Part shown: positions 27,910-37,051 of the stretch, in pieces
How the letters are laid out: each line of letters begins with the position of its first letter
Position numbering within the stretch: the stretch's first letter is position 1
NCBI GenBank assembly: GCA_049199595.1
Contig: JBMCYV010000004.1
Coordinates: 32,350-96,349 of the forward strand
Length of the DNA: 64,000 bases
From: Candidatus Nitrosomirales archaeon
Lineage (GTDB): Archaea; Thermoproteota; Nitrososphaeria; Nitrososphaerales; UBA213
Direction: 5' to 3'
Notes under the pieces: model-generated
What the model was told of the DNA's origin: nothing
The model's database searches: none
Seen by the model: the letters and a program-made list of their open reading frames with translations, nothing else
Position numbers and translations under genes: made by a program

Positions 27910-28598
27910 GTCTCATAACCGTCTAGGGCTGTCTGTTCATTCTTGCTATCAACCTGAACTTGATCGAGAACCTTTCTCAACTTCGTTGCCCTTGCGAGAC
28001 CCATCCCCTCTACCCTTGAAAGCTCTGCCGTTGATGCATTCAGCACTTTCAAAGGAGTTTTGAACTTTGTCAGCAGTCTAACTGCAAGTTTGTCTCCCAC
28101 CCCTGGTAAAGAAGCGAGTATGGACAGCTGCTGCATCTTCAGCGGGTTGCTCTTCTTCACCTTTCGCAATAATGGGCCTGACTTTTCCTTCAATGCTCGA
28201 TTTGCCATCGCAATCAATGCCTTTGCAGTGTGCGATGCTGATGGTGTGTGTATAATCGCGATTCGAAAGTCGAGTGCTACAGATGCCAGTGCACCATAGA
28301 TCACCATTGGGTTGTCAATTACTCTTTCAAACATTTCATTGCTACCCTCAACTATCAAAACTGGCTTTGCGTAATGAGTAACAAGTTCAGAACATTGTGT
28401 AAACAACCTTCCATCGTAAATTGATTGTACAAGATCACGGATAGACTTGCGTTCAACAGCACTGTCTGATGCTACTATGTAATCCCCAACTTGCAGCTGC
28501 GCAAAATCCACTACGGCTTTCAAATTAACCAGTTCGTCAGGTATTCCGCTCTGTCTTTCACGCTCATCAGCAACTATTCTGACCGTCTCTCTGGTCAT
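27906..28598 (-). CDS. xpf: XPF/ERCC4-family structure-specific nuclease (short archaeal form)
   Basis: VADERE, GDY, ERKSIRDL ERCC4 motifs plus a C-terminal tandem HhH (LPGVGDKLA..., VEGMGLARA). Confidence 0.88.
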   Translation of the reverse strand: MTRETVRIVADERERQSGIPDELVNLKAVVDFAQLQVGDYIVASDSAVERKSIRDLVQSIYDGRLFTQCSELVTHYAKPVLIVEGSNEMFERVIDNPMVIYGALASVALDFRIAIIHTPSASHTAKALIAMANRALKEKSGPLLRKVKKSNPLKMQQLSILASLPGVGDKLAVRLLTKFKTPLKVLNASTAELSRVEGMGLARATKLRKVLDQVQVDSKNEQTALDGYET

Positions 28599-28615
28599 AT
28601 ACTTTCACAGCTCAC

Positions 28616-28631
28616 TTTATCATATTTAATT
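28616..28631. repeat. 16-bp direct repeat, left copy (putative att site)
   Basis: TTTATCATATTTAATT, identical to 31968-31983. Confidence 0.6.
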
Positions 28632-28726
28632 ATGTAAATCTTAAGTATTAATTGCTGTCATAGCGCTGAACCGATGCGGGTTCGGTGGTTTCAGTGACGC
28701 TAACGGTTCAAAAAGAGAATTTTCGT

Positions 28727-29620
28727 TTAGGACTCGCAGTTAATTTGTTTACTATCTCTTCTAGACCCGCCGCCAAGGCTACAAATATCAGTTCCGTCTC
28801 CACCATCTATATCATCATTACCAGCATTTCCATTTATCATATCATCACCAGCTTCGCCGAACAGAAAGTCGTGATTTCCATTTCCACCGTATATCCTATC
28901 ATTTCCATTTCCACCGTATATCCTATCATTTCCACCTTTTCCATATATCCTATCATTTCCACCGTCTCCCTGTATCTCATCACTTCCTGCCTGTCCAATT
29001 ATCCTATCATTTCCATCTCCTCCCTGTATCACATCATCACCAAATCCTCCACAAATAGTATCTTTACCACCTCGTCCATCTATGGCATCGTTGCCCTTCA
29101 GACCAGTAATGACATCATCCTCTGGAGTACCTTCAATTGTATCATCACCCCGAGTTCCCACTATGGTTGCTTCCTTTCCACCACATACCACCACGACGTT
29201 GAACTCAGCACTGAGCTTTGCTAATACTTCAGGTCCAGAGAGAGGTGGATTATTTATATCAAAAGTAGTGTTTATGAAAATCGCTTCCACTATCCAGTGT
29301 CCACCTATGTCTGGTCTAAAAGATGAATAGTGAGGTACACTGGGAGAACATCCATCTAGACACCATCCCCCCGCTAGATTTACTACACTATCTGGAGCTA
29401 TCCACCTAAATGCAACACCATGAGTACTACTATCAGGAAAAGATGCCTTTGCTAATATTTGTTGATCAGCAATAACAAATTCGCCAAGTGGATTCCCCGA
29501 ATCATCAAAGAGCTCCAAGTTGTAAGAGGTTGATATCATTTGTGATTTTACTGTATTCACTGGAGTTGTAAATACAAGAATAGCTCCTATCAGTACAAAT
29601 ACTGTTAATCTTGTTATCAA
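28727..29620 (-). CDS. secreted protein with RTX-type (hemolysin-type) Ca2+-binding nonapeptide repeats
   Basis: N-terminal signal-like helix. C-terminal region has about 10 GGxGxDxIx repeats (GGDGNDRIIG, GGNDRIYGKGGNDRIYGGNGNDRIYGGNGN...). TTG start. Confidence 0.8.
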   Translation of the reverse strand: MITRLTVFVLIGAILVFTTPVNTVKSQMISTSYNLELFDDSGNPLGEFVIADQQILAKASFPDSSTHGVAFRWIAPDSVVNLAGGWCLDGCSPSVPHYSSFRPDIGGHWIVEAIFINTTFDINNPPLSGPEVLAKLSAEFNVVVVCGGKEATIVGTRGDDTIEGTPEDDVITGLKGNDAIDGRGGKDTICGGFGDDVIQGGDGNDRIIGQAGSDEIQGDGGNDRIYGKGGNDRIYGGNGNDRIYGGNGNHDFLFGEAGDDMINGNAGNDDIDGGDGTDICSLGGGSRRDSKQINCES

Positions 29621-29850
29621 CTACGTTAAAGTTGTTATACCTATCATTACTCTTAAATTTATATGAAACATAGGTTGCCATTTTCTATATCACGAGTTAT
29701 AGATTCTTCTCATGGGCTATTTTGTTATTCTAGACAGTTTCAAATGTTAACACTTTCTTGTAGATATCTCTTACTATGGGTTCAAATTTTGAAAGATTAG
29801 CCCTGCTCACTTCTATCATGTTCAAAAGTGGGCGATAGTTATTGACATCA

Positions 29851-30381
29851 TTATTCCTTACTTTCTAGCGATAATAACAAATCATCAATAGTCTTCCTCA
29901 ATTCGTTATAGTGCCACTCTAATTGCTTTGCTAATCGTTCAGCAATGATATGTGCATTATTATGTGTAAACATAGGTGTCATATAGAATTTTTCTACCTG
30001 ATTTGCCACGTCATTACATCGTTCAACAGTTATGTAAAAATTGTCAAGTTTCACCTGTGCATCAATAGGCAATAATCGAATGTTGCCCGTATCAATTGCA
30101 TTCTTAGAAGCTGGAGCTGTCATGAAGACAGAGTCCCCTTCAAATAGGTGCTTGCCATCATCCCACTTAACTCCAAGATGTGAGTCTTTGAAGCTATTTT
30201 GCATATACTTCAATTCCTTTATAAGTGATGAAACTGTTTGATGTTTAAGCTCTCTGGTTTCTTTGCTTTTCTTCCATTTTTCAAATAATATCCCAAACAC
30301 AAAGCCAAGAAATGCGCCAATGAGTACACCAAATAAATCAATTACAAATTCTAAAACTGGATCAGAAGTAGGTGCTGACAT
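29851..30381 (-). CDS. hypothetical membrane-anchored protein
   Basis: 176 aa, one N-terminal TM helix (LFGVLIGAFLGFVFGILF), no recognisable motif. Confidence 0.5.
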   Translation of the reverse strand: MSAPTSDPVLEFVIDLFGVLIGAFLGFVFGILFEKWKKSKETRELKHQTVSSLIKELKYMQNSFKDSHLGVKWDDGKHLFEGDSVFMTAPASKNAIDTGNIRLLPIDAQVKLDNFYITVERCNDVANQVEKFYMTPMFTHNNAHIIAERLAKQLEWHYNELRKTIDDLLLSLESKE

Positions 30382-30573
30382 ACCATAGCCATACTACGTA
30401 CTTGCTTAAGAGAACTATTGTTTGGCATGTAGATTAGCTACAGTTGGATACAATTACATGTACTAGTTTAGATATCGAATCCTATTTCATTTGCTTGGGA
30501 AGTGCTAATCCATTAAGATTAGCACTATCGGTATCATAATGGACATGGATATGTACACTAGGTATCGACAAAA

Positions 30574-30648
30574 TCTTTCTCAGGTATGTACAAAGGAATG
30601 GCATGGTCTTTCTCAGGAATGGTCACAGGAATGGTCATACGAATGGTC
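30574..30648. repeat. short iteron cluster
   Basis: TCTTTCTCAGG occurs twice (30574-30584, 30607-30617). GGAATGGTCA-type 12-nt units occur 3-4 times (30593-30649). Confidence 0.6.
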
Positions 30649-30733
30649 TAGTTTGTCCATAGGTAGTACGCCACACGTAGTTTTAGTTTGTCCATAGGTA
30701 GTACGCCACACGTAGTTTTAGTTTGTCCATAGG
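30649..30733. repeat. 35-bp tandem repeat, 2.4 copies
   Basis: TAGTTTGTCCATAGGTAGTACGCCACACGTAGTTT at 30649-30683 and 30684-30718, both exact, with a partial third copy from 30719. Confidence 0.9.
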
Positions 30734-30759
30734 ATAGTAGCCCATAGCATTATGCCATT

Positions 30760-31909
30760 CTAATCCAGAAAATCTTCTTGTACTGCAATAACATGCTTCT
30801 GAAGTGAAGGAAAGCGACCCTTCATATCCTTAGGTGTGAGTTTGCCATTTCTAACGAGTTCTGTGACTAATTCTACCATGTCAGATTCAACGCCTTCAAT
30901 CCTTTCCATCTTCTCCTTCATAGTCTTGATCTCTTTCTGTGTATATTTCACCTCTTTCAGAAGAACGTCAGCATTGCCTATAGTGAGATGAGGCTCGACT
31001 TGCTGGTATAGCTCAGATCTCTCCTCAGCGGTCTTCTTGAAGTATGTATCAAGGTATTCGGAATGTCCCATCAAGGCATGCGCTATATCTGAACCCACAA
31101 TAGGAGCAACTGTACTGTAGAAGAACTTCCTGAGTGTGAAGGTGAATCCTGAACCTTGTATGATCATCTATCTTCTGGTTCAGATCAGGAAGCTTCCTGA
31201 GCATTTTTCTGAAGGATGCTGAAGCGTTATTTGCTGCCTGAACAGCATCATCATAATCTCCAAATACAAAACTATCTAATCTATTCATTCTATAACCTAA
31301 AAAGTCCTTCATCGCAATCGTTGCCTCTTCTGTAATAAAGGTCTCCCTAGCCTCAGACGTTTTGGTTGACATTGGTCTTATCATGATTCTGGTTGGAGTG
31401 CTGTCAAAGTTAATGTCCCTAACACGTAGAGCCAAGGCTTCTCCTATACGCATACCACTAGAACATAACACAAGGAGTAACGTCTTGAACCTAGGATTGC
31501 ATACATTTAGAATCCTTGCTATTATCTCTCTTGTTATCGGATCATCATGGAACTTGAACTTTGTAGGTAGTGAAACCTCTTGCTTGAAATCCTCGTTGTA
31601 GATCTTCACACCATGAAACCGTAGGTACTTTTTCGCATAGGCAGTGTATGTTTGAATCGTGCCTGGGGCCTTCCCGTTTCTGTCCAGATAAGCGACAAAG
31701 TTATCCAGCAACTTGTATGGATCAAGACGATCAGACTTGACCTCGTTAATGACTTCGTTAAGGCTCTTCACGAACGTATTCGTGCAGAACTCGTTGAAAG
31801 CCTTCACGGCAAACTTTGCAAGCGTCATGGACTTGCGGCTATGACTCTTGCGAAATATCTTTTCATAAAAGTAATCGTCATCGTTCTGGATTAATCCTTG
31901 TCTCTCCAT
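30760..31909 (-). pseudogene. tyrosine recombinase/integrase, frameshifted
   Basis: The N-terminal ORF (31049-31909) carries SGMRIGEALALRVRDI (box I Arg). The catalytic C-terminus (GFTFTLRKFF...HALMGHSEYLDTYF) is in another frame (30760-31167). The frames switch near 31150-31170. Confidence 0.8.
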
Positions 31910-31963
31910 AGCAAATAGTTCGGTACTATACTATAAAAACGTAAATTAATACTTGAATAAAAT

Positions 31964-32938
31964 CTATTTTATCATATTTAATTTGCCCAACTTTGCCTCG
32001 ATAGCATTCATTAGCATTTTTGCAAGCTCATCTTCGCCAACCTTTACAGAAAGTGATGCGGCTGTAGGATGACCTCCTCCTAAATCAGTGAGCTTACCTG
32101 CTATGTCTGTTCCGAGATGAAGTTTCGATTCATTGTAAAATTTCTGTGTTGCCCTCAGGCTCGCTTTTGATGCTTTTTCATCTCCGCCAACTACTATTGC
32201 AACATCAGCTCCAAGATCCAGCAGTGCTCTTGCTGCAGATGCCTGAAATGAACCTACACGTGAAAAAGCTGCGATGAAGCTGTTTGCACTATACACTGAT
32301 ACTCGTTGTGCTGCCTTCAGTCTAGCAATTCTTTCAGAAGGATCTCTTTCATGAGTCAAGACCTTCTTTGCTAATTCCAAAGATGCCCCGTGTTTACACA
32401 GATCGTTTACTGCCTCGATTGTCTTGCTGCTAGCAAGAAACAGATGCTGTGAATCTGCCATTATCCCTACCAGAAGTACTTGCGCTATCTGCTTGCTCAT
32501 CTTGACCTTGTTTTCCTTGTAAAGACGGTAAACAAGTTCGCTCGCAGAAGATGCCCTCGTGTCTACAAATTTTGCGTTTGCCAACTTTTCTCCGTTCTTG
32601 GCCATCGGATGGTGATCTATCAACACCTTCCTTGCCTTGCTAGTGATTATCTCATCCTTCATTTGCGATAAGAGCAGCGGGTTGTTTGTGTCAACAATGG
32701 CTATTAGATCGGCTTTAGCAAAATTTGGGTTGTTGTCAATACTCATAGGAAATTTTTTGCTCACTTGTTCCGCAATTGTGTTCAGTCCTTCCGGCAGCAC
32801 GACCTTTACATTGGATCTTGTAATTGATCTTAAGAGATTGGCCGTTGCATATGCCGAACAATAAGCATCTACATCGGCAAGTCTGTGCGTAATCACATAA
32901 ACTAGCTTGTATTTTTGTTTAGACAGTAAAGATCGCAA
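31964..32938 (-). CDS. DHH/DHHA1-family phosphoesterase (NrnA/RecJ-like)
   Basis: HRLADVDAYCSA (motif I), DTNN, LIDHHP (DHH motif), C-terminal GGGHPTAAS (DHHA1). Confidence 0.85.
   Translation of the reverse strand: MRSLLSKQKYKLVYVITHRLADVDAYCSAYATANLLRSITRSNVKVVLPEGLNTIAEQVSKKFPMSIDNNPNFAKADLIAIVDTNNPLLLSQMKDEIITSKARKVLIDHHPMAKNGEKLANAKFVDTRASSASELVYRLYKENKVKMSKQIAQVLLVGIMADSQHLFLASSKTIEAVNDLCKHGASLELAKKVLTHERDPSERIARLKAAQRVSVYSANSFIAAFSRVGSFQASAARALLDLGADVAIVVGGDEKASKASLRATQKFYNESKLHLGTDIAGKLTDLGGGHPTAASLSVKVGEDELAKMLMNAIEAKLGKLNMIK
31968..31983. repeat. 16-bp direct repeat, right copy (putative att site)
   Basis: TTTATCATATTTAATT. Overlaps the last codons (..LNMIK*) of the DHH phosphoesterase gene. 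Confidence 0.6.
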
Positions 32939-32996
32939 TGGATGCTACTCTGTTTGTGCAACTATAAATGTCAATATGCCTTCAATTACGCAAAGA

Positions 32997-33380
32997 TTAT
33001 TCAGCTCTGGGTTTTGTGCCGGCACCCATGCCAGCTCCTCGTACCATTTCATCTATTTTAGTTTGAATTTCCTTCAGGTTCTCTTTTACCCTTGTCTCTT
33101 GTTTTGTAAGAACCATCACCCTTGTGTTCGAGAGTTCTTTCTTTTCCTCCAACTCCTTCACAACATCGTCGCGATTTGTCTTTATCAAAACCGGACCAGC
33201 TGACTTGTAAACACCATCCTCGCCAGTTATCTTCTTGAGCTCTTCAAGCGCCTTGTCTATCTCTACGATCTCAACTTCGACATGCTGCTTCTGCATCTGT
33301 ATGGCCTGCAGATTCTGCTGGAGCTGACCTAGCCTTCCAAGCTGCTCCTTGAACCATGGAGGCAGTTCTGGTTCACTCAT
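32997..33380 (-). CDS. pfdB: prefoldin beta subunit
   Basis: 127 aa. Coiled coil, beta hairpins, coiled coil. LQQNLQAIQMQKQ...VYKSAGPVLIK pattern. Confidence 0.9.
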   Translation of the reverse strand: MSEPELPPWFKEQLGRLGQLQQNLQAIQMQKQHVEVEIVEIDKALEELKKITGEDGVYKSAGPVLIKTNRDDVVKELEEKKELSNTRVMVLTKQETRVKENLKEIQTKIDEMVRGAGMGAGTKPRAE

Positions 33381-33410
33381 ACGCTGAGCCTATGTCTGAC
33401 TGCAATAAAT

Positions 33411-33668
33411 TCATAGCGCTGCAGCATCTATGCAGGTGGAAGCAGCTCTTGCAAGTCTTAGGTATGAATTTAGACTCGCTCTTAGGTGCGAGAGATCATC
33501 TGAAGATACTTCGATAGATATTGTGCCATCATCCAATCTTATACTTGCACTTAGCTGTCTTTGTGGGGAAGACTTTACATCTGGCTTCAATGCAGAATAA
33601 ATTGCATCTGCGGAACTGCCCGCACTTATCGCTATAGTAGCATTAAACCTTCTTTCTGGCATGTACAA
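33411..33668 (-). CDS. pcc1: KEOPS subunit Pcc1-like protein
   Basis: 85 aa. ...AIYSALKPD...SIRLDDGTISIEVSSDDLSHLRASLNSYLRL. Next to prefoldin beta, as in many archaea. Confidence 0.75.
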   Translation of the reverse strand: MYMPERRFNATIAISAGSSADAIYSALKPDVKSSPQRQLSASIRLDDGTISIEVSSDDLSHLRASLNSYLRLARAASTCIDAAAL

Positions 33669-33754
33669 CCTACACTAAGAAACGTCAAATATTATAAATT
33701 TATCAGATTCTGTAGAATTCTAGTAGTCGATCTCAAAAAGTTTCTGGTTCACTA

Positions 33755-34513
33755 TCAGTTTTCAATGCTTGAGAACTGGCAGGTTTCTACTGTAGCGTCT
33801 CTTAACGTGTCTTCAGGATCTGACTCGAAGTCGTCAGACCAGAGCACTACACATCTTGCTGAAAGGAATTGTACAGAAGTTGTTGTTTGTGTGTTCAGAT
33901 CTTCATAGATCTCTGTGAACAATACGATGTCTACCTTCTTGAATGTATCATTATTCAACTGGCAGAGGAAGACTTCCTTCTGTGCTTCTACGGTCTTTGC
34001 AAGTTTGCCCTTGGTTACTGTGTTCATTTCTTGTGGGTGAGTAATGAATTCATTACCTATCTCTTCACAGCTGTTGCCTACAAAGACTGGACTCGTTGGA
34101 ATGTCGTATGATTCACAGTCAATTACTGCAGCAGTGAATTGATCTTTCAGACAGGTTGTTGCTACCGCGTTTGTTTCTATAACTTCTCTATCATCAATAT
34201 TTTCATAGATCTCTATGTATGTGGTAACATCAACAATTACTGGAAGATTGCCTTGGTCAAGGAAGCAACTGAATATCTCCTTTTCAGCATGTATGGTCTT
34301 TACTATGTTTCCGCTTCTGACAGTATTCATTGATATTGGATCTTCAGGCTGGTTATTGACAACTAGAAGCTGGCAGTTATCATAACCTGGAAGTCCTTCT
34401 AAACCTACAGCATTTGCCTGATTCATAGTAGGTTGCACTAGAACGAATGCCATAACTAGAAAAGTACCTAACGTTATGCCTGAGTACTTTAGTCTCTTAC
34501 CTTTGGCTTCCAT
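33755..34513 (-). CDS. secreted hypothetical protein with internal duplication
   Basis: Signal-like N-terminus. Two similar Cys-containing modules (IVKTIHAEKEIFSCFLDQG...YIEIYENIDD and LAKTVEAQKEVFLCQLNND...FTEIYEDLN). Confidence 0.6.
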   Translation of the reverse strand: MEAKGKRLKYSGITLGTFLVMAFVLVQPTMNQANAVGLEGLPGYDNCQLLVVNNQPEDPISMNTVRSGNIVKTIHAEKEIFSCFLDQGNLPVIVDVTTYIEIYENIDDREVIETNAVATTCLKDQFTAAVIDCESYDIPTSPVFVGNSCEEIGNEFITHPQEMNTVTKGKLAKTVEAQKEVFLCQLNNDTFKKVDIVLFTEIYEDLNTQTTTSVQFLSARCVVLWSDDFESDPEDTLRDATVETCQFSSIEN

Positions 34514-34599
34514 CTCTTTGAAGGATAAAACATTCGAAGGCTATAAACACATATGAAATATGTTATGCGATATTCAGTACCTTGTGTTATTAATCAGAA

Positions 34600-34827
34600 C
34601 TATACCTTCTTTGTGACAAGATCGTATGCGCCACCAGCAACTGTATAGTTGCACTTGGGACACTTCCATATTCCCAGAGCTTTTCTTCTGAGCCTTTTGG
34701 AGCCACATTTAGGACATCTTCGCTTCTGCTTGAGTGTAAGATATACTTTGGTGTACCTGCGCCTCAACGTTGCACCGTACTTTTGATGCAAACCTGGTAA
34801 CGATTCTATAGATTTTGTCCTAGCCAC
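34600..34827 (-). CDS. rpl37ae: ribosomal protein L37Ae (eL43)
   Basis: 75 aa. KYGATLRRR and a CPKCGS...CPKCN zinc ribbon. Confidence 0.92.
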   Translation of the reverse strand: MARTKSIESLPGLHQKYGATLRRRYTKVYLTLKQKRRCPKCGSKRLRRKALGIWKCPKCNYTVAGGAYDLVTKKV

Positions 34828-35638
34828 TTCCAGTCACACTCTTTATCTTGGCTCTTATCTCTTCTCCTTTTGATATCGCAGTTGCCACTACGTAGTTGAT
34901 TTGTTCCACAGAAAACGTTCCAGTGCCTCCTTTCTGCACAGCACATACACGTCGTTCTGCATCTGTGGTCATAGTAACCCTTGCATCCATGCAGGCTTCC
35001 TCCTCCGATGTTGGATCTGCAAGTATCGTATCGCCGATTCTGGCCATAGTTATCGATATAGGGATAGTACGTATGGGTGCCTTCATTATTTCTCCCGTAT
35101 CTACTACCTTGCCGTCCTTCATCTCGAGCTTAGGTAGCTTTGCTGTAAGAAGTGCAGAAACAACAGCATACGATGTTGCGTCAAAAAGGTTGCCATCGAC
35201 ATTAAGCACGCTCACATCGGCAAAGACAGCATAAACCTTCTCTCCAGGTACTAGCACTAGTTTCTTGAGATCTATCATCTCTGACTCCCTGATGCCCCTA
35301 TCAACTACCCTTGCAAGCTCGATTGCGTCCTCATCTGGAGGTCCGGGCTCTGCATATGCTGACGCCAATGGCAGAACTTCTGCACTGCATATCAACAGAC
35401 CCTTGTCCGGCAATTCTGGAAACGGCTTATCAGGCTGAACCTTGACACCTGCAATTACCTGCGTGTTCCCTAAAGTAACAAGTGCCGAACCGTTTGCCTT
35501 CTTTATCACATCTGTCTCTATCTTCATCTGCCTGCTTTCCGTTATACCTCTGCCGTCAAGCCTCTTGCCTGCTGCCAGCAGTTCGTTCATCTGGGCTCTT
35601 CGCAGATGCTCAACTATGACATTCGACTTCCTGCTCAT
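34820..35638 (-). CDS. rrp42: exosome complex subunit Rrp42
   Basis: 272 aa RNase PH-like (RLDGR..., GSALV..GNT). Position is after rrp41. Confidence 0.92.
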   Translation of the reverse strand: MSRKSNVIVEHLRRAQMNELLAAGKRLDGRGITESRQMKIETDVIKKANGSALVTLGNTQVIAGVKVQPDKPFPELPDKGLLICSAEVLPLASAYAEPGPPDEDAIELARVVDRGIRESEMIDLKKLVLVPGEKVYAVFADVSVLNVDGNLFDATSYAVVSALLTAKLPKLEMKDGKVVDTGEIMKAPIRTIPISITMARIGDTILADPTSEEEACMDARVTMTTDAERRVCAVQKGGTGTFSVEQINYVVATAISKGEEIRAKIKSVTGSG

Positions 35639-36375
35639 TCAGATCCTCCTACATCGACCTCGTCGCCAAAGTATTTCTTCATAAGCGCCTCTTTCTGCAA
35701 TTGGTATACCTTTTTGCATCCTTCAATTGCAGTGTCCAGACACTTTCCGTATTCTTCCTTGGAAAGTATGCCGTCTACCTGCATCAGTGAAACTTGGTTA
35801 AGATTTGGTAAATATGCTATAGGCATGTCTGCCTGACCCTCCTTGTCTTCTTCATCGTTGATGTCAAGAACGATGGTATCGTCAACCTTGCCTGCTGCAC
35901 ATGCTGCAACCATATCGCGCATGTTTATACCAGCATCTGCCAGCGCAACAGAAGCGGCAGCTATCCCAGTACATCTTGAACCGCCGTCTGCCTGCAGCAC
36001 TTCGATATATACATCGATCGCTGTTCTGGGATAATCGTCAAGCATCAGCGCAGGTTCTAGAGCTTCCCTTGTGACTTTGGAGATCTCGATCTCTCTTCTT
36101 GATGGCGCGGGATTCTTTCTCTCCTGAACGGAAAATGGTGACATGTGATACCTGCACCTTAACACGCTCCTGTCGGGTAATGCCATATGCTTAGGATGAA
36201 CTTCCTTTGGTCCGTAAACTGCAACAAGGATCTTGTTCTTCCCAAATTCTATATATGCTGAACCGTCTGCATTTTTCAATACCCCAACTTCGATCTTGAT
36301 GGGCCTTAATTCATCTATTTTTCGCCCATCTGTTCTTATGCCCTGTTCATTGATCAATTTGCTCAATCTTTTCAC
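35635..36375 (-). CDS. rrp41: exosome complex exonuclease Rrp41
   Basis: 246 aa RNase PH domain: [16 protein letters not shown], phosphate-binding region. Confidence 0.93.
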   Translation of the reverse strand: MKRLSKLINEQGIRTDGRKIDELRPIKIEVGVLKNADGSAYIEFGKNKILVAVYGPKEVHPKHMALPDRSVLRCRYHMSPFSVQERKNPAPSRREIEISKVTREALEPALMLDDYPRTAIDVYIEVLQADGGSRCTGIAAASVALADAGINMRDMVAACAAGKVDDTIVLDINDEEDKEGQADMPIAYLPNLNQVSLMQVDGILSKEEYGKCLDTAIEGCKKVYQLQKEALMKKYFGDEVDVGGSE

Positions 36376-37051
36376 CTGTTTCGCTTTGTAACATATCCTT
36401 GACTCGTTGAGTCAGGTTAGCAGTATGAGCCTCTTCTTCTACCATCTTTATAGCCTTAACTGCCAATAATATGCCGTCTGCGGCAGGTCCCGAAACCACG
36501 GTTATTCCGTTCTGTCCGATGATTATCCCGCATTTGGTGCTCTGCTCTATCGTTTGTATCATCGAGCCTCGCTTGCCTATCAGCCTAGGTATCCTAGTTG
36601 GAGATATTCTAACTATTTCGCCTTTTGATATCTTGCCTAGATCCTTGTCTGCAACTGTAAGCAATGGATCTCTGGAACGATCAAAAGCTGCAATCTTGCA
36701 GGCAATCATATCGCCTACTCTGAACTTGGCGGTCATATCGTCCCTTGCAGACGAGAACTCCCTGCCAAAAACGTCCTGAGCTGGAAGATGACCCGGAAAA
36801 CACGAGTTGATGTTGACCTCCCATGCCATTGCTGAATGATCGATGATTTTTCCAATCACCAAATCACCCACTTTGGGTATGTATACGCCGGAAAGCGGAA
36901 TCACTCTTGCGCCTTCTCTTGACACCTCTGCTATGCCAACACGAGTTGCAAAGATCTTGTCTCCGATCCTGACCGCGTTTGATACTGGTCTAACATTTCC
37001 GTCTGCAATCAAATCTCCTGGAACAACGTACTTGCGCTTGATCTCCTGCAT
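36347..37051 (-). CDS. rrp4: exosome complex RNA-binding subunit Rrp4 (S1 + KH)
   Basis: 234 aa. VVPGD, S1 domain (GDLVIGKI), KH ([11 protein letters not shown]). Confidence 0.92.
   Translation of the reverse strand: MQEIKRKYVVPGDLIADGNVRPVSNAVRIGDKIFATRVGIAEVSREGARVIPLSGVYIPKVGDLVIGKIIDHSAMAWEVNINSCFPGHLPAQDVFGREFSSARDDMTAKFRVGDMIACKIAAFDRSRDPLLTVADKDLGKISKGEIVRISPTRIPRLIGKRGSMIQTIEQSTKCGIIIGQNGITVVSGPAADGILLAVKAIKMVEEEAHTANLTQRVKDMLQSETGEKIEQIDQ

Larger units (their letters stand above)
28632..31967. mobile_element. decayed integrated element (about 3.3 kb) with tyrosine integrase remnant
   Basis: Bounded by an exact 16-bp direct repeat. Contains a frameshifted integrase next to one boundary, a dense iteron/tandem-repeat block, and two cargo ORFs. 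Lies between xpf and the 3' end of the DHH phosphoesterase gene. Confidence 0.5.

Noticed and set aside
28663-28700. Imperfect hairpin (CTGAACCGA-tgcgggt-TCGGTggttTCAG) as a terminator or att-associated structure.
   Set aside because: The stem is bulged and there is no adjacent T-tract on the relevant strand. That is insufficient to call a terminator, so it is noted only as lying inside the putative element boundary.
28790-29060. Periodic 27-nt DNA repeats (ccaccgtatatcctatcatttccattt...) that look like an array.
   Set aside because: They lie inside the 28727-29620 ORF and encode the RTX GGxGxDxIx nonapeptides. The 179-aa plus-strand ORF at 28685-29224 is an antisense shadow of low complexity.
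30649-30733. Possible CRISPR array (35-bp repeats).
   Set aside because: The copies are directly adjacent with no spacers, and there are only 2.4 of them. This is a tandem repeat inside the integrated-element remnant.
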